From: a phage
Strand: one strand, 5' to 3'
NCBI GenBank assembly: GCA_022520065.1
Contig: GCA_022520065.1_3942.1
Length of the DNA stretch: 64,000 nucleotides
Shown here: positions 41,450-50,549 of the stretch, in pieces
Numbering within the stretch: the stretch's first letter is position 1
Layout: each line of letters begins with the position of its first letter
Made by a program: the position numbers and the translations under genes
The notes under the pieces: generated by a model
The model's database searches: none
What the model was told of the DNA's origin: nothing
The model's input: the letters and a program-made list of their open reading frames with translations, nothing else

Positions 41450-41998
41450 ATGAAGAAATTGATTCTAGGTTTGTGCTTAATGTTTACAGCACAATTATCT
41501 TATGCAGTTGACTGCCCAGAGCTATCAATTAGCCAAAAAGTAAACATGTTAAAAGCTTACCAGTATGGTGAGAACAACATGGGTAAAGGTTGGGGTATTA
41601 CTCTAGCTGCTATAGCCTTACAAGAGTCAGAGTTAGGTCTGAAGGTAGAGAATAAAAAGACCCATGACTATGGTATTTTCCAGAATCACTTGAAGACTGT
41701 TGTAAAGCGTAACAAAATCAGTCCTAATGTGGCTAAAAAGAAACTCTTAAAAGATTTTGATTATGCCGCTAAAGAAACACATAAAGAGCTTGAGTTTTGG
41801 ACAAAGGTGCATGGTCAGCCAAAGTCAAAGAAGACTTTACAAAAAGTTTTAGCATCATATAATGCTGGGTATTCGTACAAAATCCCTAAAGCTAAGAAAT
41901 ACTCTCAAGATGTCTATAACAATATGAAAGTCATCGCTCAATGTGAATTTGCAACAAACATTTCTAAGGTAAACCATGAAAAAATTAAGAAAGTCTGA
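41450..41998 (+). CDS. secreted lytic transglycosylase-like protein (SLT domain)
   Basis: Signal peptide; QESELG, GIFQ and AYNAG-like SYNAGYS motifs. Confidence 0.55.
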   Translation: MKKLILGLCLMFTAQLSYAVDCPELSISQKVNMLKAYQYGENNMGKGWGITLAAIALQESELGLKVENKKTHDYGIFQNHLKTVVKRNKISPNVAKKKLLKDFDYAAKETHKELEFWTKVHGQPKSKKTLQKVLASYNAGYSYKIPKAKKYSQDVYNNMKVIAQCEFATNISKVNHEKIKKV

Positions 41999-42671
41999 TG
42001 AAGTATTGTGTCATGCTTATGACTTGCATCCTCATGAGTTAGGTCTTGATTCCTGTGTATGGACTCCAGAACAGTGCAGGGATTTTGAAGACACTGCAAG
42101 AGAAGTTGTATGTTCACTTGAAGAGTTCCACACTTCAGAACCAGTTGTGAACGTTGTGGACAAAGAAACTGGACAATCTATAGGTGTAAGCCGTGACAGT
42201 TTAGTCATAGTCAATAAAGACCTTGTAGAAAAAGGTAACCTCATCTTAGCAGATATTGATGGTGTTCTTACAAATTTTAATCACGAAGATTGCTCAACGG
42301 AACTGATTGATGGGTCATTTTCACAGTACACTAATTTGCTTGACTCTGTAAGTGCAAAACCAACGTATGTTTTTAGTATTATTGATGCAATCGCTAATCA
42401 TGCTGCCATTGGACTCTTGACAGCAAGAGGTGAATCTCAGAGAATACCTACTGAGATGTTCTTAAGGCATAACATAGAGCATGACTACATGCTTTTTATG
42501 CGTGGTTTTGGAACTAACTCTATAAGTGCAGAAAGTTTGAAAGTGAGGATGATTCAGTCTTGCATTCTGCCTTACTTTAATATAGTATGTTTTATAGAAG
42601 ATACAGAGAAGAATGTTCAGAAGGTAAACAGAATCCTTCCACACATTAAAACCATGTTAGTTAAACATTGA
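41976..42671 (+). CDS. hypothetical protein
   Basis: 231-aa ORF. Confidence 0.45.
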   Translation: MKKLRKSDEVLCHAYDLHPHELGLDSCVWTPEQCRDFEDTAREVVCSLEEFHTSEPVVNVVDKETGQSIGVSRDSLVIVNKDLVEKGNLILADIDGVLTNFNHEDCSTELIDGSFSQYTNLLDSVSAKPTYVFSIIDAIANHAAIGLLTARGESQRIPTEMFLRHNIEHDYMLFMRGFGTNSISAESLKVRMIQSCILPYFNIVCFIEDTEKNVQKVNRILPHIKTMLVKH

Positions 42672-43147
42672 GAGAAAAACTTATGAACAATATCATTACG
42701 GTAGCACTGGACGATACGGCAAACAAATCTGAAGTAGTTCGTAAAATGATTCAAGGTAACTTTGAAGGTAAAATTTTCCGTGCTGTTAATGTAAAAGCTG
42801 ATGGCAGCATTCGTGAATACCGTGCATTGTTGAATGTTAAAAAGCACGTAAAAGGTGCTGGTTCAACGACTGCACACAAAGAAAACCTGATGACTATCTA
42901 TGATATGGGTAAGGCTTCAGAGTTAGGTGCTGAAGGTATCGTTAAAGAAGGTGCTCCGTATCGCTCTTTCAATCTGGAAACTACTCTTATGCTTTCCTTT
43001 ACAAGTGGTTCTAAAACAATCACTTACCTCTTTACTGATGCTGCAACGGTATCTGCTATTAAGGATAGCACTATCAAAGCTGGCGTAGTTGCTGCTGCAA
43101 AAGCCTCTTCGATGGCTGCAAATATCCTTGCTAAAGTTCTCGGTTAA
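42668..43147 (+). CDS. hypothetical protein
   Basis: 159-aa ORF. Confidence 0.45.
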   Translation: MREKLMNNIITVALDDTANKSEVVRKMIQGNFEGKIFRAVNVKADGSIREYRALLNVKKHVKGAGSTTAHKENLMTIYDMGKASELGAEGIVKEGAPYRSFNLETTLMLSFTSGSKTITYLFTDAATVSAIKDSTIKAGVVAAAKASSMAANILAKVLG

Positions 43148-43159
43148 GGTTAAGATATA

Positions 43160-43180
43160 GGCTCCTTCGGGAGCCTTTTT
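43160..43180 (+). terminator. intrinsic terminator
   Basis: GGCTCC-ttcg-GGAGCC followed by TTTTT. Confidence 0.6.
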
Positions 43181-43199
43181 CATTTCAGGAGATTGTTAA

Positions 43200-43547
43200 A
43201 TGACATTTAAAGAGTTCTGTCAAGCTACTTTCATAATTGTTTTCTTAGTTGGGGCAGGTGTCTGGGGAGGATACTCTTACAGAGACTACCAAGTTGCTGA
43301 AACTGAGCTAAATAATGAGAAACTAATAAGTGTTGCTAAAGATGCTTATCAGGAAGGTTTAGCAACACTCAGCACCAATTACAAAAATGATTTGAAAGAC
43401 GTGCTTGCTAAGAATAAGCACACAAAAGAGGTACTAACATATGAAAAAACTAAGCCAGAGTTTTATAATGTTTGTGTTACTGATAATTATGTCAGGGTGT
43501 TCAACGAACAAAGTGAACAGTACATTCAAAAACTCCCAAGTAAGTGA
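43200..43547 (+). CDS. i-spanin-like protein (N-terminal TM plus coiled coil)
   Basis: TM segment ATFIIVFLVGAGVWGG then helical region; 3' end overlapped out of frame by lipoprotein gene. Confidence 0.45.
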   Translation: MTFKEFCQATFIIVFLVGAGVWGGYSYRDYQVAETELNNEKLISVAKDAYQEGLATLSTNYKNDLKDVLAKNKHTKEVLTYEKTKPEFYNVCVTDNYVRVFNEQSEQYIQKLPSK

Positions 43548-43710
43548 GAGTGACAAGTACACTCAAGAAGAGTCAAGATTCACTGTCAAAGGTAATACCG
43601 GTAGTGATGTGGCAGCAGCCCTTGAGTTTTATCGTGATGGTTTTTATCAGTGCACAATAAAAGCTAATAACCTTATTGACATGATTTTATTAGGAAACAA
43701 ACAGCAATGA
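43441..43710 (+). CDS. o-spanin-like lipoprotein
   Basis: Signal peptide with lipobox IMSGC; start embedded in 3' end of preceding gene. Confidence 0.45.
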   Translation: MKKLSQSFIMFVLLIIMSGCSTNKVNSTFKNSQVSESDKYTQEESRFTVKGNTGSDVAAALEFYRDGFYQCTIKANNLIDMILLGNKQQ

Positions 43711-43976
43711 CAGAGAACGAAGACACTTTCTATGTAGAAGGGTACTTACTGCTACCACGACCAAAAGAAACTTATATGCGAATTGACTTCTTACCAACCA
43801 TTATGGATAATGTGATGTGTCATATCTTTATGCAAGGTGTCACAGCACAGCTTAAGCATGTTGGTAAAGATTGCAAAATAAAGGTTGACACTCATCCAGA
43901 AATCAAAGAGAATCACTACACATGGTTCTTACCAGACTCTAAAGAAATCTTAGCAGTTCTTAAAACGAGGAAGTAA
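43707..43976 (+). CDS. hypothetical protein
   Basis: 89-aa ORF. Confidence 0.4.
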   Translation: MTENEDTFYVEGYLLLPRPKETYMRIDFLPTIMDNVMCHIFMQGVTAQLKHVGKDCKIKVDTHPEIKENHYTWFLPDSKEILAVLKTRK

Positions 43977-43978
43977 CT

Positions 43979-44302
43979 ATGCAGATTAATGGAAGAGACT
44001 TTGTAGCCGTTTACTACGAGAAAGGTAAAGAAGTTGGCGTAGCACAAGTATCTTATGGCAATGGTAAGTGGCTATATGGAACAATCGCAGTAGTAGGCAC
44101 AAGAAGTGATACAAAAACTTTTAAAGATTGTGTTGAACTTCTTGAAGAATCCATTCAGAATCATTGGTGTCTGATATGGATGACTGACAACGAAGTGATA
44201 GAACGTTTCAAAAAGATTGATATCAACATTGACAGTATTGAGCATGTTGATTTATATGAACTAACCGAAAAGGTAAGCTATGAAAGCTCTAGAGGTAATT
44301 AA
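43979..44302 (+). CDS. hypothetical protein
   Basis: 107-aa ORF. Confidence 0.4.
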   Translation: MQINGRDFVAVYYEKGKEVGVAQVSYGNGKWLYGTIAVVGTRSDTKTFKDCVELLEESIQNHWCLIWMTDNEVIERFKKIDINIDSIEHVDLYELTEKVSYESSRGN

Positions 44303-44507
44303 CAAAGACACTGGAGAAGTTACATCAGCATGTGTTTTCGTGAGTCACGACACAGTGATACCATTTTACAATCTCGATAGTTTTAGTTTTACAGGGATAA
44401 CTCCAGAAGAATACTTTGAAGACCTTACCTTTGCCAGAATTTCTATAGATACATTCTATAAATGCTTCTATGATGAAGGCAAAGAGTTACGAGAAACTGA
44501 ACTATAA
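44280..44507 (+). CDS. hypothetical protein
   Basis: 75-aa ORF. Confidence 0.35.
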   Translation: MKALEVINKDTGEVTSACVFVSHDTVIPFYNLDSFSFTGITPEEYFEDLTFARISIDTFYKCFYDEGKELRETEL

Positions 44508-44519
44508 GGTGTATATTAT

Positions 44520-44720
44520 ATGGCTGACTTCTGCAAAGACTGTTCTATCGAAATGTTCGGACGTGATACAGGTGACTTAAAAGGTCTTATCACTGAAGAT
44601 GACTTTAAAGCTGGTTATGCAATGCCAGTAATCTGTGAAGGTTGCGGGTGTATCTGGGTAGACCACGAAGGACAACGTGTAAAACCTTCAGAAGATAAAG
44701 AATCTTGGGAGAGATGTTAA
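44520..44720 (+). CDS. small cysteine-rich protein
   Basis: CKDC ... CEGCGC. Confidence 0.4.
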   Translation: MADFCKDCSIEMFGRDTGDLKGLITEDDFKAGYAMPVICEGCGCIWVDHEGQRVKPSEDKESWERC

Positions 44721-45500
44721 ATGGGTATTGTAAAAGTTGTAAAAGGTAACTTACTGGCTGCCTTCAAAAACACAGATATTGAGTTAATTGCTCATGGTTG
44801 CAACTGTCGTAACCTCATGGGTGCTGGAATCGCTCAAAAAATTGCTAAGATTTTCCCAAAAGCTGAAGAAGCTGACCGGAAATTCCATAAAAAGTTTGGC
44901 TACAGTGCTCATGATATCGGATACCAGATGGTTGGTGAGGTGTCACATGCTCGAACGGAGTATGGTTACATTTTTAACCTATATACACAGTTGGATGTTG
45001 GGAAGTGTGCATCATACCGATACTTAGTGGAGTCACTAGAAAAACTCCGTAAATTTTGCTGGCTGCACAACATTCGTAAGATTGGTTTACCCATGATTGG
45101 GGCAGGTATAGGCGGTTTAGATGCACAAGCTGTGAAAAGCCTCATTAATAGTGTTATGTATAACGTTGATGTGTACCTCTACGTCTATGATGAAGCAATG
45201 GCAAGTGTAGTTACCCCTAAGTATGCTACCTCAGCACCACAATTCTATGATGGTGTCGTGCTAAGTGACGGGAAGACTAATCAAGTTACCCTCTATCAGC
45301 TTGTTGATGGCAAGGTTGAGGTTAGTTACCCTCTGGTTAGTGAGATGGGTATGTGTAACAGTGAAATGTTCCCAGTTGACCCGTTTGGAAGATATGAAGG
45401 GGTGTTCTTTGATAACTACCCAGCAGCATACATCTACACAACAAATCAGGATGAAGTTCACTACTTGCTGTATTCTAAAAAGTTCAAATTCATAAGCTGA
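44721..45500 (+). CDS. macro-domain (ADP-ribose-binding/processing) protein with C-terminal extension
   Basis: N-terminal DIELIAHGCNCRNLMGAGIAQKI and later IGLPMIGAGIGGLD match macro-domain glycine-rich motifs. Confidence 0.55.
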   Translation: MGIVKVVKGNLLAAFKNTDIELIAHGCNCRNLMGAGIAQKIAKIFPKAEEADRKFHKKFGYSAHDIGYQMVGEVSHARTEYGYIFNLYTQLDVGKCASYRYLVESLEKLRKFCWLHNIRKIGLPMIGAGIGGLDAQAVKSLINSVMYNVDVYLYVYDEAMASVVTPKYATSAPQFYDGVVLSDGKTNQVTLYQLVDGKVEVSYPLVSEMGMCNSEMFPVDPFGRYEGVFFDNYPAAYIYTTNQDEVHYLLYSKKFKFIS

Positions 45501-45575
45501 TTAGCACTTCATAGTATCTACAAATCATCTAAGAAGGCTGCCTAACCCATTGAAAAATTTAAGGTAAGGCGGCCT

Positions 45576-45832
45576 TTTTCATTTTCAATTTGTGCAGGTA
45601 TCTGTAGGGGTCTGTACAGATATCCCAAAAAATCTCATCGCCGGATAGAAAAATCATTTTCAAAACGTGCAGACCCCGCTCAGGTCGGGCAAGAAAAATC
45701 ATTTTAGAATTGTGCAGGTAGGTTTTTATAGAGAGCCAGACCAACCCCTCTCCCCCTCTTACTCCCCCTCTCCCTAAAAGTCAAGAGAAAAATTTGTAGC
45801 GGATTGAAAAATAATTCTTGATTTGTGTTCTG
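45576..45832. repeat. four copies of A/T-rich box followed by TGTGCAGG, plus 30-nt polypyrimidine tract
   Basis: Copies near 45576, 45648, 45693, 45805; C/T tract 45745-45774 (G4-type motif on - strand). Confidence 0.5.
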
Positions 45833-45896
45833 TTTTGTGGTAGTCGTGTGCGCCCGTTTCATTACAGTTTTGCCAAAAATATTTTTAAAATTTTTC

Positions 45897-45925
45897 TTGA
45901 CTCTTTGAGTGTGGTTATCTAATAT
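45897..45925 (+). promoter_or_regulatory. type-A cassette promoter TTGACT-N17-TAATAT
   Basis: Followed by GC hairpin 45936-45956 and conserved leader ending GGAGATTCAAAAATG. Confidence 0.5.
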
Positions 45926-45988
45926 TTGCATCAACGGGGAGGGAATGACCTTCCCCACTAAATAAAGTCCTAAACTGGAGATTCAAAA

Positions 45989-46369
45989 ATGGCATATCGT
46001 GCACCTAAATTCATCAACAAAGACAACTTTCGCAACGCACTGGAGAAGTCACTTGATGAAAATTTTAAAGGTAACATTATCGTTGTTCACGCATTCAATT
46101 TTAAGTATGATATCAACGGGAATAAAATCAACCATTACACGGCAACCATGATAGATGGTACACTTTCAAGTGAAAAAGCCGTACTAAATGCACTTGCAGG
46201 ACGTGGAAAAAACCTGATAAGATGTGATAAGAGACGTTATCAGGGCGGCGCATATGGTTATGATGATGCTATTTATCATCTTGAAAATATGGGCTATCAA
46301 GTAGAAAAAGCTGGAGCATCACAAATCATCGGTAGTGATGGTTATGTAACTATCTTCAAAATTAACTAA
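45989..46369 (+). CDS. hypothetical small protein (array gene 1)
   Basis: ORF behind type-A cassette. Confidence 0.5.
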   Translation: MAYRAPKFINKDNFRNALEKSLDENFKGNIIVVHAFNFKYDINGNKINHYTATMIDGTLSSEKAVLNALAGRGKNLIRCDKRRYQGGAYGYDDAIYHLENMGYQVEKAGASQIIGSDGYVTIFKIN

Positions 46370-46458
46370 TAAAGTACTTTACAAGGGGCTTATAGTTCGA
46401 TAAAGTAAGCCCCAGATAAAGAGCTTTACTACTCAATCCTAAATTGGAGAACTAAAAA

Positions 46459-46716
46459 ATGGCTATTATCAAAAACGTTGTAATTGCTGCAAAAACTCGT
46501 GATGACGCTCGCGTTATGGCTAAAAAGTTATGCGGGAAAGTGGTTGACAACGGAAAAACATCTGCTGTAAGATGGGGCGTAAAGGCTGATAAACATTTAA
46601 TCTTAAAACATAGTTCAAATAACCTTTTTAAAGGTGTAAAATCACTCGGTAAAGTGAATGTTTTCACTAAACAAGGTTACAAAATGCACTTATCATTAAC
46701 TGGCAATTTAATCTGA
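46459..46716 (+). CDS. hypothetical small protein (array gene 2)
   Basis: ORF behind type-B cassette (hairpin 46385-46413). Confidence 0.5.
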   Translation: MAIIKNVVIAAKTRDDARVMAKKLCGKVVDNGKTSAVRWGVKADKHLILKHSSNNLFKGVKSLGKVNVFTKQGYKMHLSLTGNLI

Positions 46717-46804
46717 TAAAGTACTTTACAGGGGGCTTAAAAGCTGATACCTTAAGCCCCAGATAAAGAGCTTTACCAATCAATCCTAAACTGGAGATTC
46801 AAAA

Positions 46805-47317
46805 ATGAAAACTGTAGACGCTACCTTTGAAGTTGTAAAAGAAAAATTCACTATTATTTATGAAGCTGTCAATTGCTTTGAAGCAAGCCATAATCTTGAT
46901 AATTGGGAATTTACAGATGACCATCAAGGTGGTGTGACGATTAAAAATCCTAGCTGTCAGCGTAATGAATTTAAATATGCAATCCCTTTACATTACAGCC
47001 TTAAACAGCTTTCAAGTGACTATGCAAAACAAGGCCGGGCAAATCCATCAAAAGAGGCTTACATCAGCTTACAGAAAGAACTAGAAAGAGATTTAGAGGC
47101 TTCAGAATATAACATTGCCGCGAAAGTTGTAGATGCAAATGGCAGCACTGTTTTAGAAAGTTTTTATATTGGTTATGCTTTCGATTGGTGCTACAGTGAC
47201 GGCGATGATTTAGATGACAGGCTAAAAGAGGAAGTGAACAACGCAGACGCAGAATCTGAAGTATTAGAGCGCTTGGAAGCATTAAAAGATTCAGTGATGA
47301 ATATCTTTAAGAACTAA
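46805..47317 (+). CDS. hypothetical protein (array gene 3)
   Basis: ORF behind type-B cassette (hairpin 46731-46760). Confidence 0.5.
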   Translation: MKTVDATFEVVKEKFTIIYEAVNCFEASHNLDNWEFTDDHQGGVTIKNPSCQRNEFKYAIPLHYSLKQLSSDYAKQGRANPSKEAYISLQKELERDLEASEYNIAAKVVDANGSTVLESFYIGYAFDWCYSDGDDLDDRLKEEVNNADAESEVLERLEALKDSVMNIFKN

Positions 47318-47408
47318 ATAGATTTCTTTACACGGGGCTAACAAGCGGATATGATAGCCCCAGATAAAGAGATTTATCAAATTAACCCTTAAACTAGGAG
47401 ATTCAAAA

Positions 47409-47705
47409 ATGAAATTATCAAATAAAGTTAGGGAAAACCTTAGTAAATTACTCAATAAAATTGATTTTATTGAGACATCAAGAAATAGTCATGATGTTAT
47501 GGAATGGTTACATGGCAAAATAAAAGGCCGTCGTGTAGTAATTTGCTTATGGAATAGTTGCAGGGAGTATAAAAAACCTGTATTGCAAGTTAATATATAC
47601 GATGATACTTTTAAAAGTCCTGTAAAGTCTAAAAGCGATTTATTAGAATCTTATGAGATATCTGTAAGTGGCAAGGTATCACGTAAAGAGGAAACACCAT
47701 GTTAA
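47409..47705 (+). CDS. hypothetical small protein (array gene 4)
   Basis: ORF behind type-B cassette (hairpin 47334-47361). Confidence 0.5.
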   Translation: MKLSNKVRENLSKLLNKIDFIETSRNSHDVMEWLHGKIKGRRVVICLWNSCREYKKPVLQVNIYDDTFKSPVKSKSDLLESYEISVSGKVSRKEETPC

Positions 47706-48031
47706 TAACTGGCATTACTGCAATCATAGCCATTATAGCACTTTATAAGGCATATAAAGCCTATAATCTGGCAAGTAAGGCAATCACGCAGCAGGCTAGC
47801 AATAACCTTGTAGGGAGCTTTCTGGAGCGTTTAAGCGATGAGCAAATAAAGCGGCTAGAGATGAGCTTCAGATATAAAGCGAAAACCTATCAGATAAGTG
47901 ACATCTTCAAAGATGATTTTCAGTTAGTCGATGATTATAATTCTCTGATAAATGCTTTAAATGTCAGTGACTTAAAAAACTACTACGCTGTAATTGTTCA
48001 AGAATTGAGCAAACGAAAACAAAACTGTTGA
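47699..48031 (+). CDS. hypothetical small membrane-anchored protein (array gene 5)
   Basis: Hydrophobic N-terminus; AGAGGA RBS; overlaps gene 4 stop. Confidence 0.45.
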   Translation: MLITGITAIIAIIALYKAYKAYNLASKAITQQASNNLVGSFLERLSDEQIKRLEMSFRYKAKTYQISDIFKDDFQLVDDYNSLINALNVSDLKNYYAVIVQELSKRKQNC

Positions 48032-48056
48032 TACTGGTTTTTAGATAGATTAAATT
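48028..48056 (+). promoter_or_regulatory. type-A cassette promoter TTGATA-N17-TAAATT
   Basis: Followed by hairpin 48067-48086. Confidence 0.45.
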
Positions 48057-48119
48057 ACACATCAACGGGGAGGAAATGACCTCCCCCACTAAATAAAGTC
48101 CTAAACTGGAGATTCTAGA

Positions 48120-48392
48120 ATGTATACTACTAACAACGGTCGCACTTTAAATGTCACACTACGTCACTATGTAGATGGTGTCATGCACTTTGAAGATTTA
48201 CAAGCTGAACAACATATCTTAGATTGGCAAGTAGCAGGACTCCAAAAAACTGCTACGGGATACGGTAAAAAGATTCCAACCAGTTGGAAAGTTCACTATG
48301 AAGGACGTTTGCGCAGAATTTATCAAGATGTGCAAAGCAATAGCGCATCGAGTTACATTATAGTAAAAGGCAAAAAACTGCATTTAACGTAA
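48120..48392 (+). CDS. hypothetical small protein (array gene 6)
   Basis: ORF behind type-A cassette. Confidence 0.5.
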   Translation: MYTTNNGRTLNVTLRHYVDGVMHFEDLQAEQHILDWQVAGLQKTATGYGKKIPTSWKVHYEGRLRRIYQDVQSNSASSYIIVKGKKLHLT

Positions 48393-48478
48393 AGTACTTT
48401 ACAAGGGGCTTATAGTTCGATAAAGTAAGCCCCAGATAAAGAGCTTTACCACTCAATCCTAAATTGGAGAACTTAAAA

Positions 48479-48883
48479 ATGGCTATTAATAACCGTGAAT
48501 TATCAATCTTAAAAGCACGTTTGACCGTTAATCGAATCAACATTATGACATCATCAGCGCCTGATGAGACATTGCACAACATTATCGGAAAGATTCAAAG
48601 CGTTATTTTAGACGTTGAAAACGTAAAAAGCTCATTGGCTGACGTTGCAGCAGGTATCACACTAGATGGCGCACAATATGAAATGTCCGACATGTTAGGC
48701 AAATCAAAGGTAATGAATAAAGAGCTTGATTTAAAGATGTTCCGATTTGCTGTTAAAGTATGGCTATCCGTCGAGTATGACGCTAATTTTGCAATCGCTG
48801 ATTTCTTTGCCACTTGGTTACAACGTAATTTGACAAATCACGATTTTCGTGATGTCTGCGATGCAATTTATGCAGAACTCTAA
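48479..48883 (+). CDS. hypothetical protein (array gene 7)
   Basis: Track start 48464 is TTG; cassette-conserved ATG at 48479; type-B hairpin 48405-48433. Confidence 0.5.
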   Translation: MAINNRELSILKARLTVNRINIMTSSAPDETLHNIIGKIQSVILDVENVKSSLADVAAGITLDGAQYEMSDMLGKSKVMNKELDLKMFRFAVKVWLSVEYDANFAIADFFATWLQRNLTNHDFRDVCDAIYAEL

Positions 48884-48892
48884 AAAATTTTG

Positions 48893-48921
48893 TTGACACT
48901 GGTTTTTAGATAGATTAAATT
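48893..48921 (+). promoter_or_regulatory. type-A cassette promoter TTGACA-N17-TAAATT
   Basis: Followed by hairpin 48932-48951. Confidence 0.5.
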
Positions 48922-48984
48922 ACACATCAACGGGGAGGAAATGACCTCCCCCACTAAATAAAGTCCTAAACTGGAGATTCAAAA

Positions 48985-49188
48985 ATGGCTATTATTAATG
49001 GTTTAACCATTGAAACTACACACATCAAAGATATCAAAGTTGGCGATATAGTCCTTTCCCACGGCGTAGAAAAAACTGTCACTGCAAAGGATATCAAAGA
49101 GGATTTTTTCATGGGTAGGACTCTCTTCGGTGATTCTTATTGCTTAGGCTATCTTGCAGTTTTAAAAGTTGTCAAAAATAACAAATAA
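48985..49188 (+). CDS. hypothetical small protein (array gene 8)
   Basis: ORF behind type-A cassette. Confidence 0.5.
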   Translation: MAIINGLTIETTHIKDIKVGDIVLSHGVEKTVTAKDIKEDFFMGRTLFGDSYCLGYLAVLKVVKNNK

Positions 49189-49273
49189 AGTACTTTACAA
49201 GGGGCTTAAAAGTTGATAACTTAAGCCTCAGATAAAGAGCTTTACCACTAAATCCTAAACTGGAGATTCAAAA

Positions 49274-49816
49274 ATGAAATGTTATCACGGAACTACTCAA
49301 GAAAATTTCCTCAACCTGATTAATAACGGTGATAAACCATCAGGCGCATGGAATTGTTCGGATATGGACGGCAATTTTTACGTGTATCCAGAAAATAAAA
49401 TCTATGGCGACGATGATGAAGAGATAACATCGGAGGGCATTCAGCAAGCTCTAGGGAACGCCACTATTACGGCGGCCTTCCAGATGAAAACCCAAAATAT
49501 TGTTATCTTAGAACTCGATATTCCAGATGATGAGCTAAATGATGATTATTCTTGTGATAATATGTCGAGTGTAGCAAGTTTTACAGAGTACTTTGATGTA
49601 AACTGGATTAAAAAGGTCTATACAACAGAGTTTAACGCTATGTATTCGCCTTTTTGTCTTCCTTCACTGGATAACCCAAATATGAACTATCTTGATGAGA
49701 CATTAGAACTACTTGCTAAAAGTGTTCAACAGTCGGACAGTATTCAGGTTTTTTGTGACATCATGGATACACTGACAGGAAACATCGCAGAAGAGGATTT
49801 AAAGAGCTTTTTCTAA
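49274..49816 (+). CDS. hypothetical acidic protein (array gene 9)
   Basis: ORF behind type-B cassette (hairpin 49201-49229). Confidence 0.5.
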   Translation: MKCYHGTTQENFLNLINNGDKPSGAWNCSDMDGNFYVYPENKIYGDDDEEITSEGIQQALGNATITAAFQMKTQNIVILELDIPDDELNDDYSCDNMSSVASFTEYFDVNWIKKVYTTEFNAMYSPFCLPSLDNPNMNYLDETLELLAKSVQQSDSIQVFCDIMDTLTGNIAEEDLKSFF

Positions 49817-49848
49817 AAACCTATGCAATCACCTTATAAACACTATTT

Positions 49849-49868
49849 AGCCCCTTACAGGGGCTTTT
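49849..49868 (+). terminator. intrinsic terminator-like hairpin
   Basis: AGCCCC-ttaca-GGGGCT followed by TTTT. Confidence 0.45.
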
Positions 49869-49882
49869 GGGAGGCTTAAATC

Positions 49883-50116
49883 ATGCTTACAACCGTTTAC
49901 CTCATCCTTTCTATTTGTAACGGTCATTCATGCGATTTTAAAGGGCTTGAAGAGTTTACAGGAAGTAAAGAAAATGCTATTCAAGTTTGCCAGATAGCAA
50001 GACAAGACTATCCCGCTAGTGATGATATACAATGTTACTTTAAGACAGAAGATGAAGACGGTATCTATTTTGACAGCGTAGATGGTCAGTATGAAATTAT
50101 CATTGAAAAAGACTAG
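49883..50116 (+). CDS. hypothetical small protein (array gene 10)
   Basis: GGGAGG RBS 8 nt upstream of ATG. Confidence 0.45.
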   Translation: MLTTVYLILSICNGHSCDFKGLEEFTGSKENAIQVCQIARQDYPASDDIQCYFKTEDEDGIYFDSVDGQYEIIIEKD

Positions 50117-50142
50117 ACAAGCCTGATAAAAATCTGTAAATT
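50114..50142 (+). promoter_or_regulatory. type-A cassette promoter TAGACA-N17-TAAATT
   Basis: Followed by hairpin 50153-50173. Confidence 0.4.
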
Positions 50143-50207
50143 GTCAATCAACGGGGAGGGAATGACCTTCCCCACTAAGTACAATCCTTAAACTAGGAGA
50201 TTCAAAA

Positions 50208-50549
50208 ATGGCTTATGTAACCGTAATTACCGATAAAGAAAATTCATCTTGGTCAACTCAAGTAAGTGATAAGATGTCACCTATGCAGTGCCTAAAATAC
50301 TTTGAACAGTGGAACAAAGGCGAGGACACAAGCCCCTTTCAAGTGATGCAGATTATCCATGTAGATAACGAAGGGAATAAAACGGTTTTAAATAGTGAGT
50401 ACTACGCAAGCCATTTTGAAACGAGAAGTAAAACAATGAAGCTTTTACGTGAATCCGGTTATGCCCATATCGCCGCGTTAATCTGGGATGACCTGCTAAA
50501 AAACCAACGTATCAGCTATGTAAAACCTGAAAAAATATTCATCAGTTAA
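50208..50549 (+). CDS. hypothetical protein (array gene 11)
   Basis: ORF behind type-A cassette. Confidence 0.5.
   Translation: MAYVTVITDKENSSWSTQVSDKMSPMQCLKYFEQWNKGEDTSPFQVMQIIHVDNEGNKTVLNSEYYASHFETRSKTMKLLRESGYAHIAALIWDDLLKNQRISYVKPEKIFIS

Noticed and set aside
45559-45958. Minus-strand ORFs 45559..45744 and 45704..45958
   Set aside because: They run antisense through repeat elements and the array promoter, lack RBS context and have low-complexity translations; probably spurious.
46385-46413. Type-A and type-B cassette hairpins as intrinsic terminators
   Set aside because: Hairpins are followed by ACTAAATAAAG or CAGATAAAGAG rather than a U-tract, so they are more likely leader or processing structures.
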